Below, in pieces: positions 34,470 through 45,557 of a stretch of DNA of 64,000 nt. The position numbers were made by a program, and so were the translations under genes. Below the pieces are notes generated by a model that saw nothing but the letters and a program-made list of their open reading frames with translations, did not search any database and was not told where the DNA came from. The stretch's first letter is position 1; every line of letters starts with the position of its first letter. Origin of the DNA: Halarcobacter sp. (GTDB lineage: Bacteria; Campylobacterota; Campylobacteria; Campylobacterales; Arcobacteraceae); assembly GCA_048571215.1 (NCBI GenBank), contig CP182352.1, forward strand, positions 672,001 to 736,000, in the 5' to 3' direction.

Positions 34470-35333
34470 ATGAATACAATCTCATACAAAACAAAAAATA
34501 TTCTAATAGATGAAATATTAAAACAAAATCTAGTAAAGCAGTTGGAGAAAAAATCTTTTTTTTCTAAACTTTTTTCATCTAAAGAGTTTGCAGATATCTA
34601 TTTTCATAGTGGAGCTTTGGATAATGATTCTATTGAAAATATCAAAAATGTAAAGTTGATTATATGTAATTCTAAGGCTTCTAAAAAAGAGATTATTGAT
34701 AAGACACAAGTTGATGCTTCTATTGTAAAAGTTATTTACCCTTCTGTTGATATCTCTTATGAGAAACCAAAAAAAATCAAGAGTAGATTTTGTCTTAGAC
34801 ATGATTTAGATGATAAAAAGAAGATTGTATTTTTTACTGCAAAGAGTTTTAAGAGTTCTGGTATAAAAGATTTTTTTGATTTGATGATATCTTTAAGTTC
34901 TAATGATTTTTATATGATAATTGCAGGGGATAAAACTCAAATTACTAGTTTGAAGTTTCAAACTTCAAAGTATAACTTTGGAGATACTCTTTTATTACTT
35001 GAGGATTATGAAAATATTGATGAGATATTTTTAGCTAGTGACATTTTTATACTTCCAACTTACAATAAAAATTTTGCTTCAAATATCTTAAAAGCTATGT
35101 ACTGCAAGTGTGCTGTGTTTACAACTGTAAATAATGCAGCAAGTGAACTTATAGATGTATTTTCATGTATGGAGTCTCCAGATGACAGAAGTATGCAGTT
35201 TAAAGTTGATGCCTTGCTACAAAATAAAGATGATTTAAAACTTATAAAAAAACAAAATAGAAAAGTAGCAAAAGCTTATACTATAGAAAAAAATCTAGAG
35301 AGGTTTAATAAGATTTTAAATCAACTTAGCTAA
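34470..35333 (+). CDS. GT4-like glycosyltransferase (degenerate motifs)
   Basis: IFLASDIFILPT, FASNILKAM; GT-B C-terminal domain. Confidence 0.65.
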   Translation: MNTISYKTKNILIDEILKQNLVKQLEKKSFFSKLFSSKEFADIYFHSGALDNDSIENIKNVKLIICNSKASKKEIIDKTQVDASIVKVIYPSVDISYEKPKKIKSRFCLRHDLDDKKKIVFFTAKSFKSSGIKDFFDLMISLSSNDFYMIIAGDKTQITSLKFQTSKYNFGDTLLLLEDYENIDEIFLASDIFILPTYNKNFASNILKAMYCKCAVFTTVNNAASELIDVFSCMESPDDRSMQFKVDALLQNKDDLKLIKKQNRKVAKAYTIEKNLERFNKILNQLS

Positions 35334-36130
35334 TCTTCTCTTAGATGTAAAAAAGAGGCAAATTTTGGTTTCCCTTTTTTTGTAAAACCATAATATTTAA
35401 AGGTAACTATAGAGCCAATTTTAGGTGGGTTTTCTCTTTGGTTTTTACTAAATCCTATCCCTAGATTAAACTTAATACCATTTTTTAGTTTTACAACTAA
35501 GCTTTTAAGTACCTTTGTTTTTTTTGAGATATTTATAGCTACAACTTCACCCTCCATATCTTGGAACTTTTTTACTTTTAAAATATTTGCACTTCTACCA
35601 CTTTCATAAGAGGGTAGAGGGTTTTTTATAATTACACCCTCTCCACCTTTTGAGATTATATCTTTTAAAAATTTATCTAAATGGTTTTTATTTTTTATTT
35701 TTATTTGTTTTATAATTACTACTTTAGGATTTTTATTTTTTTCAAACCATTGTTTTATTTTTTGTAGTCTTTGTTTAAAATTTCCTTTTGCATGGGGCAC
35801 TTCAAATATATTGTAGCTTATATTTTCCCACTTTTTACTTGGTGTTTTATCCATAACTATACTCTGTATATTTTCAAAATCAGATCTTTTACTCCACAAT
35901 TCTCCATCTAGTTCAAATTTTGGGAAGTTTTTTATAAACCATTTTGGTGGATAAATTTTCTTACCTTTTCTTGTAAGTAATTCTTTGCCATTCCAGTAAG
36001 CTCTTATCCCATCAAGTTTCTCACTCATAAGCCACTCTTGGATATTTTCATCTCCTTTATAAACCATAGGTTTTTGAATCTCTTGGGCAAAAGCAAATAT
36101 TGATAAAAAAAGTAGTACAATTATTTTCAT
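35330..36130 (-). CDS. ATP-dependent DNA ligase with signal peptide (LigE type)
   Basis: SEKLDG motif I, LDGEL, EGVII, LKVK, TFKYYG...GKPKFASF; signal peptide MKIIVLLFLSIFAFA. Confidence 0.9.
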   Translation of the reverse strand: MKIIVLLFLSIFAFAQEIQKPMVYKGDENIQEWLMSEKLDGIRAYWNGKELLTRKGKKIYPPKWFIKNFPKFELDGELWSKRSDFENIQSIVMDKTPSKKWENISYNIFEVPHAKGNFKQRLQKIKQWFEKNKNPKVVIIKQIKIKNKNHLDKFLKDIISKGGEGVIIKNPLPSYESGRSANILKVKKFQDMEGEVVAINISKKTKVLKSLVVKLKNGIKFNLGIGFSKNQRENPPKIGSIVTFKYYGFTKKGKPKFASFLHLRED

Positions 36131-36274
36131 AAAAAAGCCTTTATAATATAATCATAAATATTATAAAAAATAAACTTAGAATAAAATAAGCTCTATTGGC
36201 TAGATTTAAATTTGTCTTAAGAAAAACAAGATATAATACGCGAATATTTTTCACTAAAAAACTAAGGAAAGAAA

Positions 36275-36463
36275 ATGTCAAGAAGATGTGCAATCTCAGG
36301 AAAAGGACCTATGTCTGGAAACAACGTAAGTCATGCGAACAATAAAACAAAAAGAAGATTTTTACCAAACTTAAGAACTGTTAGAGTTACTTTAGAAGAT
36401 GGTTCAAGTCAAAAAATTAAAATTTCTGCTAAAGAGTTAAGAACTCTTAAGAAAAACTCATAA
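36275..36463 (+). CDS. rpmB: 50S ribosomal protein L28
   Basis: [33 protein letters not shown]. Confidence 0.97.
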   Translation: MSRRCAISGKGPMSGNNVSHANNKTKRRFLPNLRTVRVTLEDGSSQKIKISAKELRTLKKNS

Positions 36464-36487
36464 GAGAGCACTTAGAAAAGTGCTTTC

Positions 36488-37612
36488 ATGAGCGTCTTTA
36501 GAAAAGTAAAGAAAGCTCTAGGCTGGGAGATACGTTCAGCTAAACCAGAATACGACTTAAACCCTTTAATTTATTCTCAATTAAAACCTTTTAGATTACC
36601 ATTAGTTCTAGTTCAAGTTGTAATGATCGTAGGAACAATGGGTTATATCTTAATCGATGATTTTCCTATATTAGATGCAATTTACCAAACAGGTATTACA
36701 TTTACAACTGTTGGATTTGGAGAGATAGCTCCTATTTCACCAGCAGGAAGATTTTTTACAATCACACTTATTATCTTTGGGTTCGCTCTTTTTACCCTTT
36801 CAACAGCTGTATTGATTGATGCTGTTATCAAAGGTAATTTGTTTGAACTTTATAAGGAGCGAAATATGCTTTATAAAATTGCAAGGCTTAGACGACACTT
36901 TGTTATCTTTTATCACAATGAATACACCGCACAACTTGCTAAACAGTTTAATGAAAATCATGTGCCTTTTGTTGTTGTTGATCCAAGTGAGGATATAGAA
37001 CAAATAGCAAAAGAGTGTAATTATCCTTATTATGTAAAAGAAGAACCATATAAAGAGACAGCTTTTTTAAAGTCTCATTTGAGTTCTGCAAAGGGGGCTA
37101 TATCACTTTCAAAAAATATTTCAAACAATATTACCCTTATAGCTTCTGTTAGATTGTATGAAAAAGAGCTTGGGAGAAACCCATTTTTGATCATCTCAAA
37201 TGCAGAAACATATAATGAAAAAATAAGATTGATGAAACTTGGAGCTGATAAAGTTGTTGCAACTCCATCACTTATGGCAAAAAGAGTTACTGCTATGGCT
37301 ATTAGACCAGAGATGGAAAATGTACTTGAAGAGTTTTTATATAAAGCCGATACTCCTATTGATATGGAGGAGACTTTAGTTTCAGAAAGCTCTTGGGTAG
37401 TTAATAAAGAGATAAAAGATTTAAGATTAAGAGATAGAATAAAAGTATCTGTTATAGGTATAACTGAGAAAAAAGGTAGATTTATACAGATGCCAAAGGG
37501 TTCAACTGTTATTAGTGCAGACTGTAAACTACTTTTAGTTGGAAGTCAAAGAAATATAGCAAAAGCAAAAAGAATAATTGCTTTAAGAAATAAACCACAG
37601 GATTTAGATTAA
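36488..37612 (+). CDS. Potassium channel with RCK/TrkA domains
   Basis: TTVGFG selectivity filter, GADKVV, TrkA-C domain. Confidence 0.9.
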   Translation: MSVFRKVKKALGWEIRSAKPEYDLNPLIYSQLKPFRLPLVLVQVVMIVGTMGYILIDDFPILDAIYQTGITFTTVGFGEIAPISPAGRFFTITLIIFGFALFTLSTAVLIDAVIKGNLFELYKERNMLYKIARLRRHFVIFYHNEYTAQLAKQFNENHVPFVVVDPSEDIEQIAKECNYPYYVKEEPYKETAFLKSHLSSAKGAISLSKNISNNITLIASVRLYEKELGRNPFLIISNAETYNEKIRLMKLGADKVVATPSLMAKRVTAMAIRPEMENVLEEFLYKADTPIDMEETLVSESSWVVNKEIKDLRLRDRIKVSVIGITEKKGRFIQMPKGSTVISADCKLLLVGSQRNIAKAKRIIALRNKPQDLD

Positions 37613-38802
37613 TGTTTACAATTTTACCGATAAAAGGTTATTTAGACCAAATTGATGGATTTTTTTGTGATGGTATTCATGCGGGTTTAAAACCAAATGG
37701 AAACAATGATTTAGGATTTATTTATAGTGATACTCTATGTGAAGTTGAAGCAGTTTTTACTTTAAATAAGTTTCAAGCGGCTCCTTTAAGACATTATCAA
37801 AAAACTTTTGAAAATAGATCTGCTGAGAAAACAAATTTTGTATTGATAAACTCAAAAAATGCAAATGCCCTAACAGGTCAAAGAGGGATTGATGATATAG
37901 ATGAGATTTTTTCTAAATTGAATTTTGATTTAATAAATCCAATTATGAGTAGTACAGGAGTTATTGGAAATCCTCTACCAAAAGAGAAGATAATTGCTGG
38001 GGCAAATAGTTTTAATCTTTCTTCAAAAAATGCTGAAGCTTTAAGTCGTGCAATTATGACAACTGATGCTTATGCTAAAACAGCTATGTATGAAGTAAAA
38101 CTTGAAGATGGAAGTTCATTTAAAATAGGTTCAGTTGCAAAAGGTGCAGGGATGATAAATCCAAACTTAGCAACAATGCTTTGTTTTATCTGTACAGATG
38201 CTGCAATTCCTAAAGAGGATATGAAAGAGTTATTGGAAATAAATTCAAAAACTACATTTAATGCAATCTCAGTAGATGGAGATACCTCTACAAATGATAC
38301 TGTTTTACTTTTGGCAAACAATAAATCAAACTCTTATGATAAAGAGGCTTTCAAAGAGGCTCTAAGACTTGTGATGCATGATATGGCAATGTTAATGGTT
38401 GCTGATGGTGAGGGTGCAAAAAAAGCAGTTGCTTTTGAAGTTGTTGGTGCGGCAAGTGATGAAGAAGCTGAAATTGCAGCAAAAGCCTTATCAAACTCTT
38501 TATTAGTAAAAACAGCACTATTTGGAGAAGACCCAAACTTTGGAAGAATTGCTTCAACTATAGGAGCTAGTAGAGTAACTTGTGATGAGGAAAAGCTTCT
38601 AATATCTTATAATGATGTAGTTGTATTTGATAAGGGTGAAATATTTTTTGATAAAGCTCAAGAAGAAAAAGCAGGAGAAGTACTTAAAAACGATAAATAC
38701 AAGGTTATTTGTGATCTTGGAGTAGGTGAGGGTAGCTTCACTGCATATGGATGTGACTTAGGTTATAAATATATCGAAATAAACGCAGATTATAGAACTT
38801 AA
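37612..38802 (+). CDS. argJ: Ornithine/glutamate N-acetyltransferase ArgJ
   Basis: STGVIG, KGAGMINPNLATML, DGDTSTND, DGEGA, INADYRT. Confidence 0.96.
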   Translation: MFTILPIKGYLDQIDGFFCDGIHAGLKPNGNNDLGFIYSDTLCEVEAVFTLNKFQAAPLRHYQKTFENRSAEKTNFVLINSKNANALTGQRGIDDIDEIFSKLNFDLINPIMSSTGVIGNPLPKEKIIAGANSFNLSSKNAEALSRAIMTTDAYAKTAMYEVKLEDGSSFKIGSVAKGAGMINPNLATMLCFICTDAAIPKEDMKELLEINSKTTFNAISVDGDTSTNDTVLLLANNKSNSYDKEAFKEALRLVMHDMAMLMVADGEGAKKAVAFEVVGAASDEEAEIAAKALSNSLLVKTALFGEDPNFGRIASTIGASRVTCDEEKLLISYNDVVVFDKGEIFFDKAQEEKAGEVLKNDKYKVICDLGVGEGSFTAYGCDLGYKYIEINADYRT

Positions 38803-38818
38803 AAATATTTACACCATA

Positions 38819-38840
38819 TTAAGTCTGGAATTGATATAAT
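38819..38840 (+). promoter_or_regulatory. Putative promoter (TTAAG plus extended -10 TGaTATAAT)
   Basis: ttaagtctggaattgatataat upstream of the DUF465 gene. Confidence 0.5.
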
Positions 38841-38870
38841 TTAATTGAAATTCAAAAAAGGATGGATGTC

Positions 38871-39092
38871 ATGTTTCATGAATATAGAGATATTATAACT
38901 CAGTTAAAGCAAAGTGATGGTCATTTTCAAAAAATCTTTGATAGACACAATGTTTTAGATGAAGAGATCGAGCAAATGAAAAAAGAACTTGCGGATCAGT
39001 TTGAAATAGAAAAAAAGAAAAAAGAGAAGTTAAAACTTAAAGATGAAGTTTATGATGTAATTATGAAGTATAAAAAAGAGAACAGTCTTTAA
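38871..39092 (+). CDS. YdcH/DUF465-family protein
   Basis: MFHEYRDII..LK..D.HF..IFDRHN.LD...KKEKLKLKDE; start behind AAGGA. Confidence 0.85.
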   Translation: MFHEYRDIITQLKQSDGHFQKIFDRHNVLDEEIEQMKKELADQFEIEKKKKEKLKLKDEVYDVIMKYKKENSL

Positions 39093-39109
39093 GAAAAATT
39101 AAAAATAAT

Positions 39110-39153
39110 AAAAGGGGATGGAAGCAAATTTTGCTTTCATCCCCTTTTTTTTT
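39110..39153 (+). terminator. Rho-independent terminator
   Basis: aaaaggggatggaagcaaa/ttgctttcatcccc followed by a T9 tract. Confidence 0.85.
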
Positions 39154-39222
39154 GTTCATTATACCGAGGATTAAGCCTTTATTAGATAATATATCTAAAT
39201 TTTATAATAAAGGTATTTATTA

Positions 39223-41775
39223 ATGGAAAACCTCTTTGAAAATCAAGACATAATTGACATTAATATCGAAGATAGTATTAAGGGTTCATATTTAGATTAC
39301 TCTATGAGTGTTATCATTGGTAGAGCATTACCAGATGCAAAAGATGGTTTAAAACCAGTTCATAGAAGAATTTTATATGCTATGCATGATTTAAATATGA
39401 GTGCAAGGGCTCCTTACAAAAAATCTGCAAGGATTGTAGGGGATGTAATAGGTAAGTATCACCCACATGGAGATACCTCAGTTTATGATGCACTTGTAAG
39501 AATGGCACAAGACTTTTCTATGAGAGCACCTCTAATTGATGGTCAAGGGAACTTCGGTTCTATCGATGGTGACAACGCTGCTGCTATGAGATATACAGAA
39601 TCAAGGTTTACAAAAATTTCTGAAGATATACTAAAAGATATTGATAAAGATACAGTTAATTTTGTACCAAACTATGATGATACATTAAGGGAACCAGATG
39701 TTTTACCAACTAGAGTTCCAACACTATTATTAAATGGTAGTGAAGGTATCGCTGTTGGTATGGCAACTAAGATTCCTCCTCATAATTTAGGAGAGCTTTT
39801 AGATGCAGTATTGCATGTAATAGAAAATCCAGAAGCAACTGCTGATGAATTGATGCAGTTTATTCAAGGGCCAGATTTCCCAACAGGTGGTACTATTTTT
39901 GGTAGACGTGGTATTATTGATGCTTATAATACAGGACGTGGTAGAGTTAGAATCAGAGCTAAACACCATATTGAAACTAAGGGTAAAAAAGAGATTATTG
40001 TACTTGATGAGTTACCATATCAAGTAAATAAATCAAGACTTATTGAGCAAATAGCAAATCTAGCTAAAGATAAGCAAATAGAAGGTATCTCAGAAGTTAG
40101 AGATGAATCAGATAGAGATGGGATTAGAGTTGTAATTGAGCTTAAAAAAGATGCTATGAGTGAGATTGTTATGAACAATCTTTACAAATCAACTCCTATG
40201 GAAACCACTTTTGGGATTATCCTTTTAGCTGTATATAACAAAGAACCAAAAGTATTTAATCTACCAGAGCTTTTAAATGTGTTTTTATCTCATAGAAAAA
40301 CAGTTATTATTAGAAGAACTATTTTTGATTTGGAAAAAGCAAAAGCTAGAGCACATATTTTAGAGGGTCTTAAAATTGCTTTAGATAACATCGATGAAGT
40401 TGTTAAGATTATTAGAGCTTCAGCAAATGATGCAGAGGCAAAAGATAGTCTTCAAAATAGATTTGGATTAAGTCCAATTCAATCACAAGCTATTTTAGAT
40501 ATGAGACTTGGAAGACTTACAGGTCTACAAAGAGATAAATTAGAAGCAGAATATCAAGAGTTATTATTGCTTATTGCAGAGCTTGAAGCTATTTTAAAAT
40601 CTGAAGAGAAACTAAATGAGATTATCACTGAAGAGATAATGGATATTAGAGAAAAATATTCAGATAAAAGAAGAACTGAAATTGAAGACTCATATGATGA
40701 GATTGATATTGAAGATTTAATTCCAAATGAGCCAATGGTTGTTACCATCACTCATAATGGATATGTAAAAAGAGTACCAATTAAATCATATGAAAAACAA
40801 AGAAGAGGTGGTAAAGGTAAAGTAGCCGTTACTACTCACGATGATGACTTTATTGAAAGATTCTTTGTGACAAATACTCATGATACCTTGATGTTTGTAA
40901 CAAATATGGGTCAATTATACTGGTTGAAAGTATATAGAATTCCAGAAGGAAGTAGAACAGCGAAAGGTAAAGCTGTTGTAAATCTTATCAACTTAAGATC
41001 AGATGAGAAGATTATGGAAATAATCCCAACTTCAGACTTCGATGAATCTAAATCTTTAGCTTTCTTTACTAGAAATGGTATTGTAAAAAGAACATCTTTA
41101 TCTGAATTTAGTAATATAAGAAGTAATGGTGTTAGAGCTATTGTATTAGATGATGCAGATGAGATTGTAACAGCTAAGATTACAACTGTAGAATCTCAAT
41201 TCTTGATGATTTTCACAAGTCTAGGTCAATGTATTAGATTTGATATTGAAAAAACAAGAGAGCAAGGAAGAAGTACAAGAGGTGTTAGAGGTATTAAGTT
41301 CAAAAAAGATACTGATTTTGTAGTTGATGCAAATGTAGTAAATAGTGAAGAGCAAGAGTTATTAACAGTATCTGAAAAAGGTATTGGAAAAAGAACAACA
41401 GTTGATGAGTATAGACTTACAAATAGAGCTGGTTCTGGTGTTATCTCTATGAAACTTAGTGCAAAAACAGGAAATGTAGTTGGTGCTGTACTTGTAGATG
41501 AAGCACAAGACTTGATGATCTTAACTTCAATTGGTAAAATGATTAGAGTTGATATGCAAACAATTAGAAAAGCTGGAAGAAATACTTCTGGTGTTATTAT
41601 TGTAAATGTTGACAAAAAAGATAAAGTAGTTTCAATAGCAAAATGTCCTAAAGAGGATGATGATGAATTAGATATTGAAAATGCAGATACTATGGATGGA
41701 ATAGATTTAAATGATTTTAATCTATTAGATACTCCAAATTCAGAAGAAAATAGTGATGATAAAGGAAAAGAGTAA
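39223..41775 (+). CDS. gyrA: DNA gyrase subunit A
   Basis: [15 protein letters not shown], GyrA-box QRRGGKG, acidic tail. Confidence 0.98.
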   Translation: MENLFENQDIIDINIEDSIKGSYLDYSMSVIIGRALPDAKDGLKPVHRRILYAMHDLNMSARAPYKKSARIVGDVIGKYHPHGDTSVYDALVRMAQDFSMRAPLIDGQGNFGSIDGDNAAAMRYTESRFTKISEDILKDIDKDTVNFVPNYDDTLREPDVLPTRVPTLLLNGSEGIAVGMATKIPPHNLGELLDAVLHVIENPEATADELMQFIQGPDFPTGGTIFGRRGIIDAYNTGRGRVRIRAKHHIETKGKKEIIVLDELPYQVNKSRLIEQIANLAKDKQIEGISEVRDESDRDGIRVVIELKKDAMSEIVMNNLYKSTPMETTFGIILLAVYNKEPKVFNLPELLNVFLSHRKTVIIRRTIFDLEKAKARAHILEGLKIALDNIDEVVKIIRASANDAEAKDSLQNRFGLSPIQSQAILDMRLGRLTGLQRDKLEAEYQELLLLIAELEAILKSEEKLNEIITEEIMDIREKYSDKRRTEIEDSYDEIDIEDLIPNEPMVVTITHNGYVKRVPIKSYEKQRRGGKGKVAVTTHDDDFIERFFVTNTHDTLMFVTNMGQLYWLKVYRIPEGSRTAKGKAVVNLINLRSDEKIMEIIPTSDFDESKSLAFFTRNGIVKRTSLSEFSNIRSNGVRAIVLDDADEIVTAKITTVESQFLMIFTSLGQCIRFDIEKTREQGRSTRGVRGIKFKKDTDFVVDANVVNSEEQELLTVSEKGIGKRTTVDEYRLTNRAGSGVISMKLSAKTGNVVGAVLVDEAQDLMILTSIGKMIRVDMQTIRKAGRNTSGVIIVNVDKKDKVVSIAKCPKEDDDELDIENADTMDGIDLNDFNLLDTPNSEENSDDKGKE

Positions 41776-42812
41776 TGAGAAAATTTAATGTAGCAGTAGT
41801 AGGAGCTACTGGTGCCGTTGGTGAAGAGTTATTTAGAGTTTTAAAAGATTATAACTTCCCAATAAACAAATTAGTACCTCTAGCTAGTGCTAGAAGTGCA
41901 GGAGAAAAAATAGAGTTTAATAACAAAGAGTATACAGTTTTAGAACTTACTGAAACAGTTTTTGAAGAAAATGAAGTAGAGATTGCTTTTTTTAGTGCAG
42001 GTGGTTCAGTTTCTGAAAAATTTGCAAAATATGCTGTTGAAGCGGGTGCTGTTGTTATAGATAATACAAGTCATTTTAGAATGGATCCAACAGTACCTTT
42101 AGTAGTACCAGAAGTAAATCCAGAAGATATTGCAAACTGGAAAGAATCAGGGATTATTGCAAACCCTAACTGTTCTACTATTCAAATGGTTTTATCACTT
42201 AAACCACTTGATGATTTATATGGTATAAAAAGAGTAGATGTATCTACTTATCAAGCTGTTTCAGGTGCTGGAAAAACTGGTATGGAAGAGTTAGTAAAAC
42301 AGATGCAAGCATTTTTTGCATTTAAATTAGATGATGCAGAAAAAAGTGCATTTGCACACCAAATTGCTCTAAATGTTATCCCTCAAATTGATGTGGCACA
42401 AGATAATGGTTTCACAAAAGAAGAGATGAAAATGGTAAATGAGACTCAAAAAATCTTACATAGACAAATCCAAGTAGCAGCAACCTGTGTTAGAGTTCCT
42501 GTTTTAAGATCTCACTCTGAGTCAATAACTGTAACTTTTAATGATGGGGTTGATGTGGATGTGGTAGAGGTTAGAAAAGCATTAGAACAATTTGAAAATG
42601 TAGAAGTTATAGATGACTTACAAAACAATGCTTACCCAATGCCAATTATCTCAACTGATACTGATATCACTTATTGTGGTAGAATCAGAAAAGATGTTTA
42701 TTCACCAAATGTAGTACATTATTTTAATGTTGCTGACCAAGTTAGAGTAGGGGCTGCTACAAATGCAGTAAGAATTGGTCTTAAATGGATAGAGATGGAG
42801 AACGATTTATAG
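41775..42812 (+). CDS. asd: Aspartate-semialdehyde dehydrogenase
   Basis: VGATGAVG, ANPNCST, TYQAVSGAG, CVRVPV. Confidence 0.97.
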   Translation: MRKFNVAVVGATGAVGEELFRVLKDYNFPINKLVPLASARSAGEKIEFNNKEYTVLELTETVFEENEVEIAFFSAGGSVSEKFAKYAVEAGAVVIDNTSHFRMDPTVPLVVPEVNPEDIANWKESGIIANPNCSTIQMVLSLKPLDDLYGIKRVDVSTYQAVSGAGKTGMEELVKQMQAFFAFKLDDAEKSAFAHQIALNVIPQIDVAQDNGFTKEEMKMVNETQKILHRQIQVAATCVRVPVLRSHSESITVTFNDGVDVDVVEVRKALEQFENVEVIDDLQNNAYPMPIISTDTDITYCGRIRKDVYSPNVVHYFNVADQVRVGAATNAVRIGLKWIEMENDL

Positions 42813-42813
42813 A

Positions 42814-43326
42814 ATGATAGAAAAGTTTTTTGAAGGTGCAATGTGGCAGACAAGATTTTTGGTAATCTTGGCTGTCATTTTTGGTCTTATAGGAGCTTTA
42901 GTTTTATTTGTTGTTGCAAGTATGGATATCTATGGTGTTGCAAAATATGCTTTTGATACTATAGTTACAAGTGCCCATCCAGAACATTTCCATGAAGATA
43001 TTGTTGCAGGGATTATAGGAGCTGTTGATTTATATCTAATTGCAGTTGTTATGTTAATATTCTCTTTTGGTATATATGAGCTTTTTATCTCTCCTATTGA
43101 TCACAATAATAATGCAAAAGAGGATCAAAAAATTCTATCAATCACTTCACTTGACCAACTAAAAGATAAAATCGCAAAAGTAATTATAATGGTATTAATT
43201 GTAAACTTCTTTCAAAGAGTTTTACATACACAATACAATGGTGCATTGGAGATGTTATACTTTGCACTTGCAGTAACTGCATTGTCAGTTGGACTTTTCT
43301 TTTTGGGAAAAGTTGGAAAACATTAA
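42814..43326 (+). CDS. YqhA/UPF0114 membrane protein
   Basis: AVDLYL, GIYELFIS, SLDQLKDKI. Confidence 0.85.
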   Translation: MIEKFFEGAMWQTRFLVILAVIFGLIGALVLFVVASMDIYGVAKYAFDTIVTSAHPEHFHEDIVAGIIGAVDLYLIAVVMLIFSFGIYELFISPIDHNNNAKEDQKILSITSLDQLKDKIAKVIIMVLIVNFFQRVLHTQYNGALEMLYFALAVTALSVGLFFLGKVGKH

Positions 43327-43344
43327 TATAAAAGGTAAAAACTG

Positions 43345-44376
43345 ATGTCAAAAATATTTGTAGATGCTTGTTTAAGAAAACCAACACCATATACACCTGT
43401 ATGGATGATGAGACAAGCGGGAAGATACTTACCAGAATACATGGAAGTAAGAGCAAAGGCTGGAAATTTTTTAAATCTTTGTCATAACCCAGAAATGGCT
43501 TGTGAAGTAACAATCCAACCACTTGATATAGTTGGAGTTGATGCAGCTATTTTGTTTAGTGATATTTTAGTTGTTCCAAATGAGATGGGGATGCACCTTG
43601 ATTTTATCAAAGGCGAGGGACCAAAATTTGAAAAACCTATCAAAGTTGAAGCAGATTTAGATGCACTTATTGGTGGAGAAGAAGCGGCTAGTAAACTAAC
43701 ATATGTATATGATACTATCAAACTTTTAAAACAAAAACTTCCTGAAGATAAAGCACTTATTGGTTTTACAGGAGCACCTTGGACACTAGCAACTTATATG
43801 ATAGAGGGGCAAGGAACAAAAACGTACAATATTTGTAAGAAGATGATGTATTCAAATCCAGAGTTTTTACACAAAATCTTAAGAAAAGTTACAGATGTGG
43901 TAAAACTATATATGGAAAAACAAATTGAATCAGGTATTGATGTAGTTCAAATCTTTGATTCATGGGCAGCTGCTATAGAACCTGCAATGTATGATGAGTT
44001 TTCATGGAGCTATATGGTAGAAATAGCAGAATATCTAAAAGAGAAATATCCACATATCCCAGTAATTATGTTCCCAAAAGGTGTTCCAGCATTTTTAGAC
44101 AAGGTTTATGGAAATTTTGATGTATTTGGAGTAGATTGGGGAACACCAATGGCACTTGCTAAAGAGAAGCTTGGGGATAAGTATGTACTTCAAGGAAATA
44201 TGGAACCATGCAGATTATACTCAAAAGAAAAAACTACAAAATGTGTAGAAGCACTTCATAATATCATGCAGGGAGAAGGACATATTTTTAACTTAGGACA
44301 TGGAATACTTCCAGATGTACCAGTAGAAAATGCTATTCACTTTGTAAGTGAATGTCAAAGGGTAAGTAAGAAATAA
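43345..44376 (+). CDS. hemE: Uroporphyrinogen decarboxylase
   Basis: [26 protein letters not shown]. Confidence 0.97.
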   Translation: MSKIFVDACLRKPTPYTPVWMMRQAGRYLPEYMEVRAKAGNFLNLCHNPEMACEVTIQPLDIVGVDAAILFSDILVVPNEMGMHLDFIKGEGPKFEKPIKVEADLDALIGGEEAASKLTYVYDTIKLLKQKLPEDKALIGFTGAPWTLATYMIEGQGTKTYNICKKMMYSNPEFLHKILRKVTDVVKLYMEKQIESGIDVVQIFDSWAAAIEPAMYDEFSWSYMVEIAEYLKEKYPHIPVIMFPKGVPAFLDKVYGNFDVFGVDWGTPMALAKEKLGDKYVLQGNMEPCRLYSKEKTTKCVEALHNIMQGEGHIFNLGHGILPDVPVENAIHFVSECQRVSKK

Positions 44377-44378
44377 TA

Positions 44379-45296
44379 ATGTCTTACTCAAACTCTATAA
44401 TCTTTGGACCAGTACCTTCAAGGAGATTTGGAATCTCTTTGGGGATTGATTTATCACCTTCACAAAAACAATGCAATTTTGATTGTCTATACTGTGAGCT
44501 AGAACGTGCTAAAACAGTAAATACTATGACTACATACCCAAGTGTAGTTGAGGTTGTACAAGCTGTAAAAGACTCTTTTAGTAAACATCCTAAAATAGAT
44601 GTGATAACAATAACAGCAAATGGTGAACCAACTTTATATCCTTATTTAGCCCAACTTGTAGAGCAATTAAATAAAATAAAACAAAGTAGCAAAACACTTA
44701 TACTCTCAAATGGTAGTACAATCTATGATGAAGATATTTATGAAGCTTTATTAGATATAGATATTGTAAAACTATCATTAGATTGTGTTAGTGCAAAATG
44801 TTTTAAAAAACTTGATAGAATTCACAGTGGTATTGATATTAAAAAGATTGTTGAAGGGATGATAAAGTTTAGTAAGCAAACTAAAAATGAGTTTGTTTTA
44901 GAGATACTTTTTGTAAAAGATTTAAATGATAAAGATGAAGAGATAGAAGCTTTATATGAGGCTGTCAAAAAGATAAATCCCCATAGAGTTGATATAGGGA
45001 CAATAGATAGACCACCAGCTTATGAAGTAAAACCTGTAAGTTTTAAACTACTTGAAAAAGTAGCAAATACCTTTGAGGGTATAAATGTAAATATAGCATA
45101 TAAAAATAGACCAAAACAAACAAATAGTTTCACTATAGAAGAGATAAAATCACTACTAAAAAGAAGACCATTAACAAATGAAGATATAGAAAATATGTTT
45201 GATGAAAGTAGTAAAAAAATACTAGATAATATGGTGAAAAATAAGGAAATATCCCTTGTAGATAGCGGTGGTTTAAATTTTTATAAAATTTACTAA
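44379..45296 (+). CDS. Radical SAM protein
   Basis: FGPVPSRRFGISLGI, CNFDCLYC, GEPTL. Confidence 0.9.
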   Translation: MSYSNSIIFGPVPSRRFGISLGIDLSPSQKQCNFDCLYCELERAKTVNTMTTYPSVVEVVQAVKDSFSKHPKIDVITITANGEPTLYPYLAQLVEQLNKIKQSSKTLILSNGSTIYDEDIYEALLDIDIVKLSLDCVSAKCFKKLDRIHSGIDIKKIVEGMIKFSKQTKNEFVLEILFVKDLNDKDEEIEALYEAVKKINPHRVDIGTIDRPPAYEVKPVSFKLLEKVANTFEGINVNIAYKNRPKQTNSFTIEEIKSLLKRRPLTNEDIENMFDESSKKILDNMVKNKEISLVDSGGLNFYKIY

Positions 45297-45312
45297 TTTT
45301 AGTCAATATTTC

Positions 45313-45341
45313 TTGACAAAAAACCTTTTTTTCAATATAAT
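45313..45341 (+). promoter_or_regulatory. Consensus sigma70 promoter of the tRNA-Asn pair
   Basis: TTGACA (45313-18), 17-nt spacer, TATAAT (45336-41). Confidence 0.85.
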
Positions 45342-45369
45342 TCCATCCCATTTAAAAAGGAAGACAGAT

Positions 45370-45444
45370 TCCGGCATAGCTCAGTGGTAGAGTAGATGAC
45401 TGTTAATCATTTGGTCCCTGGTTCGAATCCAGGTGCCGGAGCCA
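45370..45444 (+). tRNA. tRNA-Asn(GTT)
   Basis: 75-nt cloverleaf, acceptor TCCGGCA/TGCCGGA, loop CTGTTAA, GTTCGAATC, encoded CCA. Confidence 0.97.
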
Positions 45445-45482
45445 TCCAAACCCTTTTTAAATAACTTATTTTTTATACAAAT

Positions 45483-45557
45483 TCCGGCATAGCTCAGTGG
45501 TAGAGTAGATGACTGTTAATCATTTGGTCCCTGGTTCGAATCCAGGTGCCGGAGCCA
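45483..45557 (+). tRNA. tRNA-Asn(GTT), identical second copy
   Basis: Same 75 nt as 45370-45444. Confidence 0.97.

Noticed and set aside
9370..35333. Campylobacter-style poly-G phase-variation tracts in the glycan genes
   Set aside because: No long G or C homopolymers seen; A/T runs are as expected for this composition and the ORFs are intact
39460..39500. Quinolone-resistance mutation in gyrA
   Set aside because: The QRDR reads HPHGDT(85)SVYD, the wild-type Thr85
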